Source: Candidatus Sericytochromatia bacterium (GTDB lineage Bacteria > Cyanobacteriota > Sericytochromatia > S15B-MN24 > VGJW01). Taken from it: a stretch of DNA of 64,000 nt. Made by a program: the position numbers and the translations under genes. Below the pieces are notes generated by a model that was not told where the DNA came from, did not search any database, and worked only from the letters and a program-made list of their open reading frames with translations. Location: assembly GCA_035285865.1 (NCBI GenBank), contig JAYKHS010000028.1, positions 64,001-128,000 of the forward strand. The letters run 5' to 3'. The first letter of the stretch is position 1; each line of letters begins with the position of its first letter. This document shows positions 9,218-17,818 of the stretch, piece after piece.

Positions 9218-10754
9218 GCTCGGTGCTCCGCGTTTCCCGGATCACGATGACCTTGATCTGGCCGGGGTACTGGAGCTCGTCCTCGATGCGTCGTGCGATG
9301 TCACGAGCCAGCCGGGCGGCCATCAGATCGTCGACATGCTCGGGAGCCACCACGACACGGATCTCGCGTCCCGCCTGGACTGCGAAGACCTTCTCCACGC
9401 CCTCGAAGGATCTGGCGATGGTCTCGAGGCCTTCCATCCGCTTTATGTAAATATCTACGTTCTCTCGACGGGCACCCGGTCGTGCAGCTGAGACGGCGTC
9501 GGCGACCTGGACGAGGACGGCTTCGGCGGACTGGGGTTCCACGTCGTGATGGTGGGCGCGGATGGCGTGTACGACGGCATCCGACTCGCCATGCCGGGCG
9601 GCAAGGTCGGCACCGATGACCGCGTGGGCCCCTTCCTGCTCGTGCGAGACGGCTTTGCCCAGATCGTGAAAGAGTGCGGCGCGCTTGGTCGTCTCGACAT
9701 CGGCTCCGACCTCCGCCGCCAGTGCTGCTGCCACGTGGGCCACCTCCCGGGCGTGGGCCAGGACGTTCTGGCCATAGCTCGTGCGGTACCGGAGGCGGCC
9801 AAGGGTGCGGACGATCTCGGGGTGAACGCCCACGATGCCCAGGTCAATCAGGGCTTTTTCCCCTTCGGTCCGCAGGCCGTCCTCGACTTCCTCGCGGGCC
9901 TTGGCCACCTGCTCCTCGATGCGGCTGGGATGGAAGCGGCCGTCGGCAATCATGCGCTCGAGGGCGACACGGGCAATCTCGCGCCGGACCGGGTCGAAGG
10001 ATGACAGCACGATGGCTTCGGGCGTGTCGTCGATGATGAGGTCGATGCCCGTGGCGTTCTCGATGGCACGGATGTTGCGGCCCTCGCGACCGATGATTCT
10101 GCCCTTGGTTTCTTCCGAGGGAAGGGGGACGACCGAGACCGTTCGTTCTATGCAGTGGTCGACCGCCGTGCGCTGGATGGCCGTGGTGACGATGTCCCGG
10201 GCCTTCAGGGCGACCTGATCGCGCAATTCCTGCTCGGCACGGGCCAGGCGCTCGCTGCGTTCGCGCTGCAGACTCTCCTCGAGCCGGGCAAGCAACTGCT
10301 GGCGGGCGACGTCACGGGACAGGCCGGCGACTTCGGCAAGCTTCTCTTCATGCTCCCGGCGCACCGTGTCCAGACTGGCAGCCCGGTCGTCGAGGTCTCG
10401 CTGGTTGCGCTCGAGCTTCGCCTTCTCTTCACGGAGGGCCTGCCAGTCGCGATTGAGTATCTCGCGATCGGCCTGAGTGGCCCTCTCGGCCTCGTTCCGG
10501 GCCTCAAGCCGTGCTTGGGCTCGGGCGGCTTCGATGGCTGCCTCCTGTGTCTGGGCGAAGGCCTCGTGATCCCGCCGGGCAATCAGTTGCCTACTTTCGG
10601 CATCGCGTTCGGCGAGCGCCAGCCGGGTGCGGGCCTCGGAAACGCGCATCTGGCCCCACAGGATGGCCAGCGCGGCCCCGATCGAGGAAGCCACGGACAC
10701 GATGATGGGCAGGGACGTGGACACGGATGCGGGACCTTCGAGGCTGGAGCGCAA
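9207..10754 (-). CDS. rny: ribonuclease Y
   Basis: N-terminal TM, coiled coil, KH (GRIIGREGRNIR), HD (HDLGK); alternative GTG start 10724. Confidence 0.96.
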   Translation of the reverse strand: MRSSLEGPASVSTSLPIIVSVASSIGAALAILWGQMRVSEARTRLALAERDAESRQLIARRDHEAFAQTQEAAIEAARAQARLEARNEAERATQADREILNRDWQALREEKAKLERNQRDLDDRAASLDTVRREHEEKLAEVAGLSRDVARQQLLARLEESLQRERSERLARAEQELRDQVALKARDIVTTAIQRTAVDHCIERTVSVVPLPSEETKGRIIGREGRNIRAIENATGIDLIIDDTPEAIVLSSFDPVRREIARVALERMIADGRFHPSRIEEQVAKAREEVEDGLRTEGEKALIDLGIVGVHPEIVRTLGRLRYRTSYGQNVLAHAREVAHVAAALAAEVGADVETTKRAALFHDLGKAVSHEQEGAHAVIGADLAARHGESDAVVHAIRAHHHDVEPQSAEAVLVQVADAVSAARPGARRENVDIYIKRMEGLETIARSFEGVEKVFAVQAGREIRVVVAPEHVDDLMAARLARDIARRIEDELQYPGQIKVIVIRETRSTEHAR

Positions 10755-10842
10755 CGCGGGCTTGCCGACTGGTCATGATAGCACGCACTCCCTGTCCGAT
10801 CCGGCCGTGCGGTCCGATCGGGCAGCGGGGCACGATGGCCCC

Positions 10843-11058
10843 ATGATCGAGGCCGAGGTGCACCGGAACGACGAACTGCTGATGCGCCGGACCTTTGCCG
10901 ACGGGGCGCTCTCGCTCGAGGCCGTGCTGCGTCGGCTCGAGTTCTACGTTGTCGGCGAGCAGCTCAATGCCAGCGGCGAGTGCCTGCTCAGGGTCCGGTT
11001 CGGCGACGGGGGAGCGCCGGATCGACCGCAAGGAAGTGATCCCACCCCCGGCTCGTGA
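10843..11058 (+). CDS. small hypothetical protein
   Basis: 71-aa ORF (MIEAEVHRND...) with GC3-rich codons filling the rny-thiL gap; 3' end overlaps thiL. Confidence 0.45.
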   Translation: MIEAEVHRNDELLMRRTFADGALSLEAVLRRLEFYVVGEQLNASGECLLRVRFGDGGAPDRPQGSDPTPGS

Positions 11059-12001
11059 GTCGCCTGCGGCTGCCCTCGGTCACCAGCCACGCTCCCTGTC
11101 CCGCCGTGACGGAGCCCAGCTCGCGCCAGCCCGGGGGCAGCGCGGCTTCAGGGGGGACGCAGGCGACAAGCCCGTAATCCTCGCCGCCGGCAAGCTGCCA
11201 CTGCCGAACGTCGGCTTCCGCGGCAACGGCCAATGCTTCCAGTGTGTCGTCTCCGGCCAGCTGTGCGTCCCGGATCTCGATGGCGACTCCTGAGGCCTCG
11301 GCGAGGGTTGCGGCAGAGGTGGCGAGGCCGTCCGAGTCGTCCATCAGGGCGAGACGCTCCATTTCGTACCAGGCGTCTGGCCAGGATGCCGGCTCAGGCC
11401 TGCGCTGGGCCTGCTCGGCACGGATGCGCACGGGCTCGGGGATGGCGGCCTCGGGATGCCGGAGGCACCACAGCCCCGCCGCGGCCCAGCCGAAGGGTCC
11501 GGACGCCACCAGTCGATCGCCGGGCCGCGCCGATCCACGGAGTACAGGGCGTAGCGTGGCACCCACGACCGTGACCGAGAGGCTGATGGGGCCTCGGCTG
11601 CCCGTGGTGTCACCTCCGACGACCGGCACGCCGAAGTGTCGGCATGCGTCGGCGAGTCCTGAGGCGAAGGCTTCCAGCCAGCTGGTCTCGAGATCGCCGG
11701 GAAGGGCCAGTCCAAGCACGCTCCAGAGTGGGTGCCCCCCCATGGCCCGGATATCCGAGACGTTCACGGCCAGTGCTTTCCAGGCGAGGTCTTCCGGGCT
11801 GAATGTGGCCCGCGTGAAGTGGATGTCTTCCACGAGCAAGTCGACCGTGGTCAGCAGGGACGTGTCTGAGGGTATGCGCGTCACGGCCGCGTCATCTCCG
11901 ATGCCGATCCAGGAAGCGGGCAGGCCGGTCCCGTCGAGATGTCGGGAAAGCACGTCGAGAATGCCGGCCTCCTTGATGGCGGCAAGGGTGGTTTTCTTCA
12001 T
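10988..12001 (-). CDS. thiL: thiamine-monophosphate kinase
   Basis: GIGDDAA, VEDIHF, NVSDIRAMGG, GGDT, DDSDGL, GGEDY motifs. Confidence 0.95.
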   Translation of the reverse strand: MKKTTLAAIKEAGILDVLSRHLDGTGLPASWIGIGDDAAVTRIPSDTSLLTTVDLLVEDIHFTRATFSPEDLAWKALAVNVSDIRAMGGHPLWSVLGLALPGDLETSWLEAFASGLADACRHFGVPVVGGDTTGSRGPISLSVTVVGATLRPVLRGSARPGDRLVASGPFGWAAAGLWCLRHPEAAIPEPVRIRAEQAQRRPEPASWPDAWYEMERLALMDDSDGLATSAATLAEASGVAIEIRDAQLAGDDTLEALAVAAEADVRQWQLAGGEDYGLVACVPPEAALPPGWRELGSVTAGQGAWLVTEGSRRRLTSRGWDHFLAVDPALPRRRTGP

Positions 12002-12132
12002 CTCTTCTTGACTCGGCTTTGGGCAAGTCTTGGGGTGATTCTCCAGATAATGAAGGCAGGACCCCAGACGTGACGATCTCCTCCGAAGCCTACCCCACTC
12101 CCGGCCAGTGCCGCACGGGGGAGACGGACCGC

Positions 12133-13182
12133 GTGCGTCGTGCATGTGGGGGCCCCTTGCTCGCCGCGATCGTGGCGCTGGCCACCACGGCTTGCGGTGT
12201 CACCGGAACCGGCATCCGCGATCTGGACCGTCCTGCCGCGGCCGCCCCCGATTTGCTGCCTGCGTTCGGTGGACAGGCCCAGCTCCTTCAGGGGGCTCCG
12301 GGTGGCGAGGCCTCCTGGCTTCGTCTCCAGGACGGCGCGCATCTGGTTGTCGTGGCCTCCGATCGACCCGGCGATCGGCATCTCTTCTTCGCGACCAGTG
12401 CCGACGGCCGCAACTGGTCGGCTTTCGTGCCGTTCACGACGGGCGCGCTGACGGACGTCGAGCCGGTGCTCTTCGCCTCTGCCCGCGGTGTCGAGTGCGT
12501 GTTTGCCTCCAATCGATGGCTTGCGCAGTACGCCCTCTACCGCACGACTTTCCGCGACGGGCGCTGGTCTGAGCCGGTTCGCCTCGAACTGGGGGCTGGT
12601 CCGCACCGTGCGCCGGCCGTCGTTCGCTCCGGGGACCGTTGGCTGCTTGCCTGGCAGGGACCCGATGGCGTGCGGGTGGCGTCCTCCGCGGACGGTCAGG
12701 CTTTCGGTCAGGGACGACTGGTTTTGGCGCAGCATGGTGATCCGACGGTGGCCGCGGTCGGTCAGCGGGTCGTCCTCGTGGCGCACCAGCGCAAGGCGCT
12801 GACGGCAAGCGTGCTCGACGGCGAGACATGGTCCGTGCCGGCACGGGTGCCCCTCGCGGCTCCGGCCTGGTCCCCGGCATTGGCCTCCGTGGCGACCGGA
12901 AGCGTGGCGCTGGCTTATGCGACCGCCCCCTCGGATCAGGCACCGGCTGCCCTGGGCCTTGCCCGCTGGGCAGATGCGCGCTGGACCGACATGGGCCGTG
13001 CGCTGTCCACGTCTGCCGAACTGGCCGCACCGGCATGGTGTGCCGGTCCCCAAGCACCCTTGTCGCTTCTGCTGGGTATGGACCTTTCAGGTCTCCAGCA
13101 GGGTCTCGCCCGTGTCACGTGGTCCTCCTTCCCGGAGGACGCCTCTGCCTCGTCGCCCGCCGGAGGTCCCGTCAACCCATGA
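12133..13182 (+). CDS. lipoprotein with Asp-box (BNR/sialidase-like) beta-propeller
   Basis: hydrophobic signal ending TTAC; Asp-boxes TSADGRNW and SSADGQAF; start uncertain (12070 or 12133). Confidence 0.65.
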   Translation: MRRACGGPLLAAIVALATTACGVTGTGIRDLDRPAAAAPDLLPAFGGQAQLLQGAPGGEASWLRLQDGAHLVVVASDRPGDRHLFFATSADGRNWSAFVPFTTGALTDVEPVLFASARGVECVFASNRWLAQYALYRTTFRDGRWSEPVRLELGAGPHRAPAVVRSGDRWLLAWQGPDGVRVASSADGQAFGQGRLVLAQHGDPTVAAVGQRVVLVAHQRKALTASVLDGETWSVPARVPLAAPAWSPALASVATGSVALAYATAPSDQAPAALGLARWADARWTDMGRALSTSAELAAPAWCAGPQAPLSLLLGMDLSGLQQGLARVTWSSFPEDASASSPAGGPVNP

Positions 13183-14501
13183 GTGCATCCATGACTGCCG
13201 ATCGCCGCCTGCTGGGCGAAGTGCTCGTCTCCGGCCAGTTCATCACGGCCGAGGACCTCAATCGGGCCTTGTCCGAGCAGCGGGCCACCAACGAGCGCTT
13301 GGGCGAGGTGCTGGTCCGTCTCGGCATCCTGTCCGAAATGGAGTTGCATGCGGTCCTCGCCTATCAGGGCGTAGGTGACATGACGCCAGCGGAGCAGGGC
13401 GCCGCGGTCCGCTACAAGTTGGGTGAGCTCCTGCTCAAGGCGCGTCGCGTCAGCAAGCCCCAGCTGGAGCTTGCGCTCGCCGAGCAGGAGCGTACCAACG
13501 AACGCCTCGGCGAGGTGCTGCTGCGACTCGGTCTGATCTCCGGCTCCGAACTCGAAGCCGTGTTGACGTGGCAGGATGATCATTCCCGTCAGGGGGCCAA
13601 GGCCGTTCGCTTCGTGCTGGGCGAGGTGCTGGTCGCCTCGAAGGTCATCACCCGCGATCAGCTCGAGCAGGCCTTGGCCGAGCAGCAGCTCTCGCGTCGC
13701 CAGATCGGGGAAATCCTCGTCGAGGCGGGTTTCGTCAAGCAGAACCAGATCCTCGAGGCCCTGCGCATTCAGGGCAAGCTGGTCGCAGCCTCGGTCATCG
13801 GCATCATCGGGGCCGCGGCACTGACGGGCTGCGGGACCGGAGCGAGCCTGACGGGCATGAGCGTGTCGGGACTGGCTGTCGATGCCAAGGGTAACCCCGT
13901 GGACAATGTCCGCGGGTCGCGCATTCCCTACAGCACGATGGTCCGGGATGTCCGGACCGTCGCCGGCATGCAGGCCACCCAGGACTTCGCCGATGGGTCC
14001 CGGACCGTCAAGGACGTGCCCTGGTTCCACCAGGCGGCCGTGACGCGGGACGGTTCGCCGGACAACACCTGCGCTCAGGCCGCGATGTCCAGCGTGCTTC
14101 ACTATTGGCAGGGCGACGCAGCACCCGCCTATCAGCAGGTGGTCAACGAATCGAACTACTTCAATCTCGCGACCAACCAAGGCACCATCACCGAGTACCT
14201 CAAGAAGAAGGGCCTCTCGGTCAAGGCTTACAAGAACGGGACGGTCAACTACCTGAAGAGTGCGGTGGACTCCGGAAAACCCGTCATCTGCATGTTGCAG
14301 TTCGAGGTGCCGCACTACATCGTCGTGGTGGGCTACAACGAAGCTCAGGGCACCATCATCTACCACGATTCGATCGACGGTCCCAATCAGACCCTGTCGG
14401 AGCGCAAGTTCCTCAAGCACTGGCACCAGACGTCCATGAAGGACATGCCGCTGCTGGGCGGAGGCAACTACGTGGGGCTTGCCATCGAAGCCTCCCGCTG
14501 A
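13179..14501 (+). CDS. triple MshEN-like domain + internal lipobox + C39-like cysteine peptidase
   Basis: six xLGExL...LxxxLxxQ half-motifs; KLVAASVIGIIGAAALTGC; VPWFHQ...NTCAQAA...PHYIVVVGY...YHDS; ATGA overlap with upstream gene. Confidence 0.85.
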   Translation: MSASMTADRRLLGEVLVSGQFITAEDLNRALSEQRATNERLGEVLVRLGILSEMELHAVLAYQGVGDMTPAEQGAAVRYKLGELLLKARRVSKPQLELALAEQERTNERLGEVLLRLGLISGSELEAVLTWQDDHSRQGAKAVRFVLGEVLVASKVITRDQLEQALAEQQLSRRQIGEILVEAGFVKQNQILEALRIQGKLVAASVIGIIGAAALTGCGTGASLTGMSVSGLAVDAKGNPVDNVRGSRIPYSTMVRDVRTVAGMQATQDFADGSRTVKDVPWFHQAAVTRDGSPDNTCAQAAMSSVLHYWQGDAAPAYQQVVNESNYFNLATNQGTITEYLKKKGLSVKAYKNGTVNYLKSAVDSGKPVICMLQFEVPHYIVVVGYNEAQGTIIYHDSIDGPNQTLSERKFLKHWHQTSMKDMPLLGGGNYVGLAIEASR

Positions 14502-14568
14502 CGGGATTCGGCGGCCTCTCCGCCCCCTTGACGGCAGGCCTGTCCAAGGGGGAACATGCCAATCCCCG

Positions 14569-14642
14569 GGGCGATTAGCTCAGTTGGTCAGAGCGCACGG
14601 TTCACATCCGTGAGGTCCACGGTTCAAGTCCGTGATCGCCCA
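14569..14642 (+). tRNA. tRNA-Val (anticodon CAC)
   Basis: GGGCGAT/ATCGCCC acceptor stem, D-arm GCTC/GAGC, anticodon loop TT-CAC-AT, T-loop TTCAAGT; CCA not encoded (CCT). Confidence 0.96.
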
Positions 14643-14647
14643 CCTCC

Positions 14648-14678
14648 AAGGTCGTCGGTGACTATCCGACGACCTTTT
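14648..14678 (+). terminator. intrinsic terminator after tRNA-Val
   Basis: AAGGTCGTCGG-loop-CCGACGACCTT then TT. Confidence 0.75.
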
Positions 14679-14770
14679 GCTTCGGCAGGTCTCCGGTTTT
14701 TGGTCGAAGCTTCAGCGCATCTTTGTTTCTGCTTAAGAAACCGCCCTCTCCGGCTGCCGACAACTCTTGC

Positions 14771-15550
14771 ATGAATCCCTCCTTCCTTCGCCGTGTCCGC
14801 CGACTCCCGGCTGCGCTCGGGGCGGTCGTCGCCTTGATGGGCCTTGTCGGTTGCGGACGCCCTGCGACGACTTCCGCGGTGCCCCGCGGTCCGGTCGCGC
14901 CCATGCTGCAGCCGTCGCCCCAGCAGCCCGTGCCCGGCCAGGACGGGGCCCGGATGGCGACCGAGATCCGCGGTCGGGTCGGCATGGCCTATCAGGGTGC
15001 CACGTCCATCCAAGCCAGCCTGAAGTCTTACATCCACAACGTTCAGACGGGCAAGACGGCCCGCTACGTGCTTGACAGCTGGTTCCAGAAGCCCGGTCGT
15101 TCCGCCTACAAGGTCCGTGAGTCGACCGAGGCCAGCACTATTGGCACCAAGATGATCGTCGACGGCAACGGACAGGTGCAGGTGCGCACCAAGTTCGCCG
15201 GCTTCTGGGTCAACACCACCCTGCCAGAAACCGACGAGCGGACAAGGACCGCGCGCGGAGACGGGATGTCGGATACCGCCTTGCCGCGCATGATGCAGGT
15301 TTTGCTCGATCCGCAGGCCCAGGTACAGTTCCTTGGTCAGGCTCAGGTGGCCGGCCGTCAGGTCTCGATTCTGGAACTCCGCAGCGCGATGATGCTGCCG
15401 CGCGTCACACACGAGCGCTATGCCATCGACATGGCGACAGGCATGCCCTACAGCCGCGAGTGCTACGAGGCCGGCAAGCTGACCTATCAGCTGACCATCG
15501 AACAGGTCCGCCTCAACCAGCCCGATCCGGCCGCCTTCCTGCTGCAATGA
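14771..15550 (+). CDS. lipoprotein, LolA-like/lipoprotein-sorting fold
   Basis: lipobox LVGC; WFQKPG, FLGQAQVAGR, YAIDMATGMP, C-terminal DPAAF resemble LolA-like carriers. Confidence 0.65.
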   Translation: MNPSFLRRVRRLPAALGAVVALMGLVGCGRPATTSAVPRGPVAPMLQPSPQQPVPGQDGARMATEIRGRVGMAYQGATSIQASLKSYIHNVQTGKTARYVLDSWFQKPGRSAYKVRESTEASTIGTKMIVDGNGQVQVRTKFAGFWVNTTLPETDERTRTARGDGMSDTALPRMMQVLLDPQAQVQFLGQAQVAGRQVSILELRSAMMLPRVTHERYAIDMATGMPYSRECYEAGKLTYQLTIEQVRLNQPDPAAFLLQ

Positions 15551-16296
15551 ACACGACGCCCGATCCGGGCGACCTTCCGTGGTCGGATAAGGACGATGCC
15601 TGGCTGGAGGCCTTGGGCATCTCGCACCTGCCCGATGTTTGCGGGGCACTCGGCCGTTACCGCATCTTGCTCGAGGAGGCAAATGCGCGCCTGAATCTGA
15701 CTCGGGTAGAGGGTCCGGAGGATTTCCTGCGCAAGCATGCACTTGATGCCCTGGCCTTTCTCGCCGCGGTGCCGGCCGAATGGCGGGACCGCCCTTGCTC
15801 CGTGCTTGATGTCGGGACGGGGGGGGGGCTTCCGGGCATTCCGCTGTTGCTTGCCTGCCCCTCGTGGCAGGGTGTTCTGCTGGATGCCACGCGCAAGAAG
15901 GTCGAGGCCGTCCAATCCTTTCTGGACCCACTTGGCCTTTCGGACAGGGCTCGGGCCTTGTGGGGTCGGGCCGAGGATCCTGCCTGCCTGCCGGGCATGT
16001 CGTTCGGATTGGTCGTGGCGCGTGCGGTCAAGGATCTTGCGCTGCTTGCCACCTGGTGTGCTCCGTATGTGGCGCCGGGAGGACGCCTGGTCGTCTCCAA
16101 GGGGCCTCGGGGTCCCGAGGAGCTTGCGGGTGCTCGGACTGCGCTGTCCAGGGTCGGTCTGCGCCTCGTCGAGAGCCGGGAAGTCGCGCTGCCCGGGGGT
16201 GCCGGAAGCCGCTGGCTGATGGCGTTCGAGCGGCCGCTCGCGCCGTCTTCCCGACGTCATGGCGTCGATAGGAAAACGCAAGACGAGGGTATGTAG
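15547..16296 (+). CDS. rsmG: 16S rRNA m7G527 methyltransferase
   Basis: NARLNLT, KHALD, LDVGTGGGLPGIPL, GRAE, VVARAV motifs. Confidence 0.94.
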   Translation: MNTTPDPGDLPWSDKDDAWLEALGISHLPDVCGALGRYRILLEEANARLNLTRVEGPEDFLRKHALDALAFLAAVPAEWRDRPCSVLDVGTGGGLPGIPLLLACPSWQGVLLDATRKKVEAVQSFLDPLGLSDRARALWGRAEDPACLPGMSFGLVVARAVKDLALLATWCAPYVAPGGRLVVSKGPRGPEELAGARTALSRVGLRLVESREVALPGGAGSRWLMAFERPLAPSSRRHGVDRKTQDEGM

Positions 16297-16341
16297 GATG
16301 ATGGCGGGAGCCTCGAGAGAGGCACCCGGACGAGGTCATCC

Positions 16342-16749
16342 ATGAAGAACTTCGCCGTGGTTCAAGACCACTTCCGGAAACTCCGCTGCGCGCATTGCAG
16401 CGAGTCTTTCCAGCCGGAGGGCGTTCACCTTCTCCGAGAAGAGCGTGACTACTGGGTCGTGAAGGTCCATTGCAACGCTTGCGACCAGCCTGCTGGCGTG
16501 GCCATCGTGGGCGTGGAATACGATAATCGCGAACCCGAGATGCCCCTCGCGGCGCGGCGACCGGCGGGGCTTCCCTTGCGCCCCTTGGCGCGTGCCAAGG
16601 CAGTCTTTACCGATGCGCGCGAGGAAGAGCGCTTTTCCCGGATGGAGCCGATCACCGAGGATGAGGTCCTCGATGTCCATCGCTTCCTTAACGAACTCGG
16701 GTCCGACTGGTCGAGCCAGTTGCGGCGTGCAGGGCGCGGACGGTCCTGA
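16342..16749 (+). CDS. zinc-ribbon hypothetical protein
   Basis: CAHC and CNAC pairs; C-terminal PITEDEVLDVHRFL; GAGG SD. Confidence 0.7.
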   Translation: MKNFAVVQDHFRKLRCAHCSESFQPEGVHLLREERDYWVVKVHCNACDQPAGVAIVGVEYDNREPEMPLAARRPAGLPLRPLARAKAVFTDAREEERFSRMEPITEDEVLDVHRFLNELGSDWSSQLRRAGRGRS

Positions 16750-16798
16750 GTTCGGGTATCGGCTGGTCGTGGGGCGCCCCCGGGAAGCCGGTGCGCCC

Positions 16799-17731
16799 TT
16801 AGTGCATGCTCCACGTGCGTGAGGCTGCCACGCGGCCGATATTCTGCCTGAGTCGCTGGCCAATGCCAGGCTCCGCTGCGACCAGGCGAGCATAGTCCTC
16901 CAGGAGAAAGACCAGGGCCTTGCTGGCGGCGACAGCCGTGACCGTGGCACTGCGCACGGGTTTGCTCTGGATCAGGGCTGTCTCACCGACGATCTGATCC
17001 GGACCCAGACGCGCGAGCGCGAACGGACGACCATTCTGAATCACGGAGACCTCGAGTTGGCCTTCGAGGATCAACAGGAAGCTCGTGGCCGGATCTCCGG
17101 TCTGGAAGAGCTCCATGCCTTCGGCAAGAGGGACCACGCGTGCCACGGACTCGAGGGCGAGGCGTTGTTCATCCGTCAGACCCGAGAAGACCGGATGCCG
17201 CCGGATGCGTTCGAGTCGCGCCGCGCGCTCCTCCGAGATGCCCGTGGGTTTGGGCATCGCGAACTTGCCAGTCTTCGGGGCCTGAGCGTTGGCTGGTTCG
17301 GGCTCAGGCTTCTTCTTGGACTGGCTCGCCCACTCCCGCGTGGCCACGACCCGCCCGAGGTTGCTCCGAAGCGTCCTGCCCAGCTTGGGGTCCTGCTCGC
17401 TCAGCGCCTGATAGCCTGCGTACATGAAGCGATAGAGCTTGGCATCGGAAACGGCCACGACATCGGCTCGTCGTTCGGTGTCGTGCTGGATCAGGGGCAT
17501 CTCGCCCACAAGCTGTCCCGGAGCGATGGTGGCGACCGCCATGTCCTGAACCCGCACCTCGAGACGGCCTTCCACCAGCATGAAGAAGGCGTCTGCCTCG
17601 TCTCCCGTTCGGATGACGGCCTGACCCGCCTTTGCCGTGACCCGTTCCGCAATGGCAAAAAGCGCATCCAACTCAGCGGCCGAGAGGCCCATGAACGCAG
17701 GCAGCATCTGCAATCGGGCATGGTTCAACAT
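16799..17731 (-). CDS. tandem cyclic-nucleotide-binding domain protein
   Basis: two cNMP domains (GEMPL...RRADV; GETAL...RSATV); no HTH or other output domain. Confidence 0.88.
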   Translation of the reverse strand: MLNHARLQMLPAFMGLSAAELDALFAIAERVTAKAGQAVIRTGDEADAFFMLVEGRLEVRVQDMAVATIAPGQLVGEMPLIQHDTERRADVVAVSDAKLYRFMYAGYQALSEQDPKLGRTLRSNLGRVVATREWASQSKKKPEPEPANAQAPKTGKFAMPKPTGISEERAARLERIRRHPVFSGLTDEQRLALESVARVVPLAEGMELFQTGDPATSFLLILEGQLEVSVIQNGRPFALARLGPDQIVGETALIQSKPVRSATVTAVAASKALVFLLEDYARLVAAEPGIGQRLRQNIGRVAASRTWSMH

Positions 17732-17818
17732 CCTGCGGCTTCCTCTGCCATGCACCTACCCGTCCGGAGAGCAGGTAAACGGGGGTGGCGACGGCCACAG
17801 ACGGACCCACGGTCGTCG

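Noticed and set aside
17057..17818. N-terminal extension of the amidase ORF
   Set aside because: Antisense to the cNMP gene; signal-like segment begins only after ~17819.
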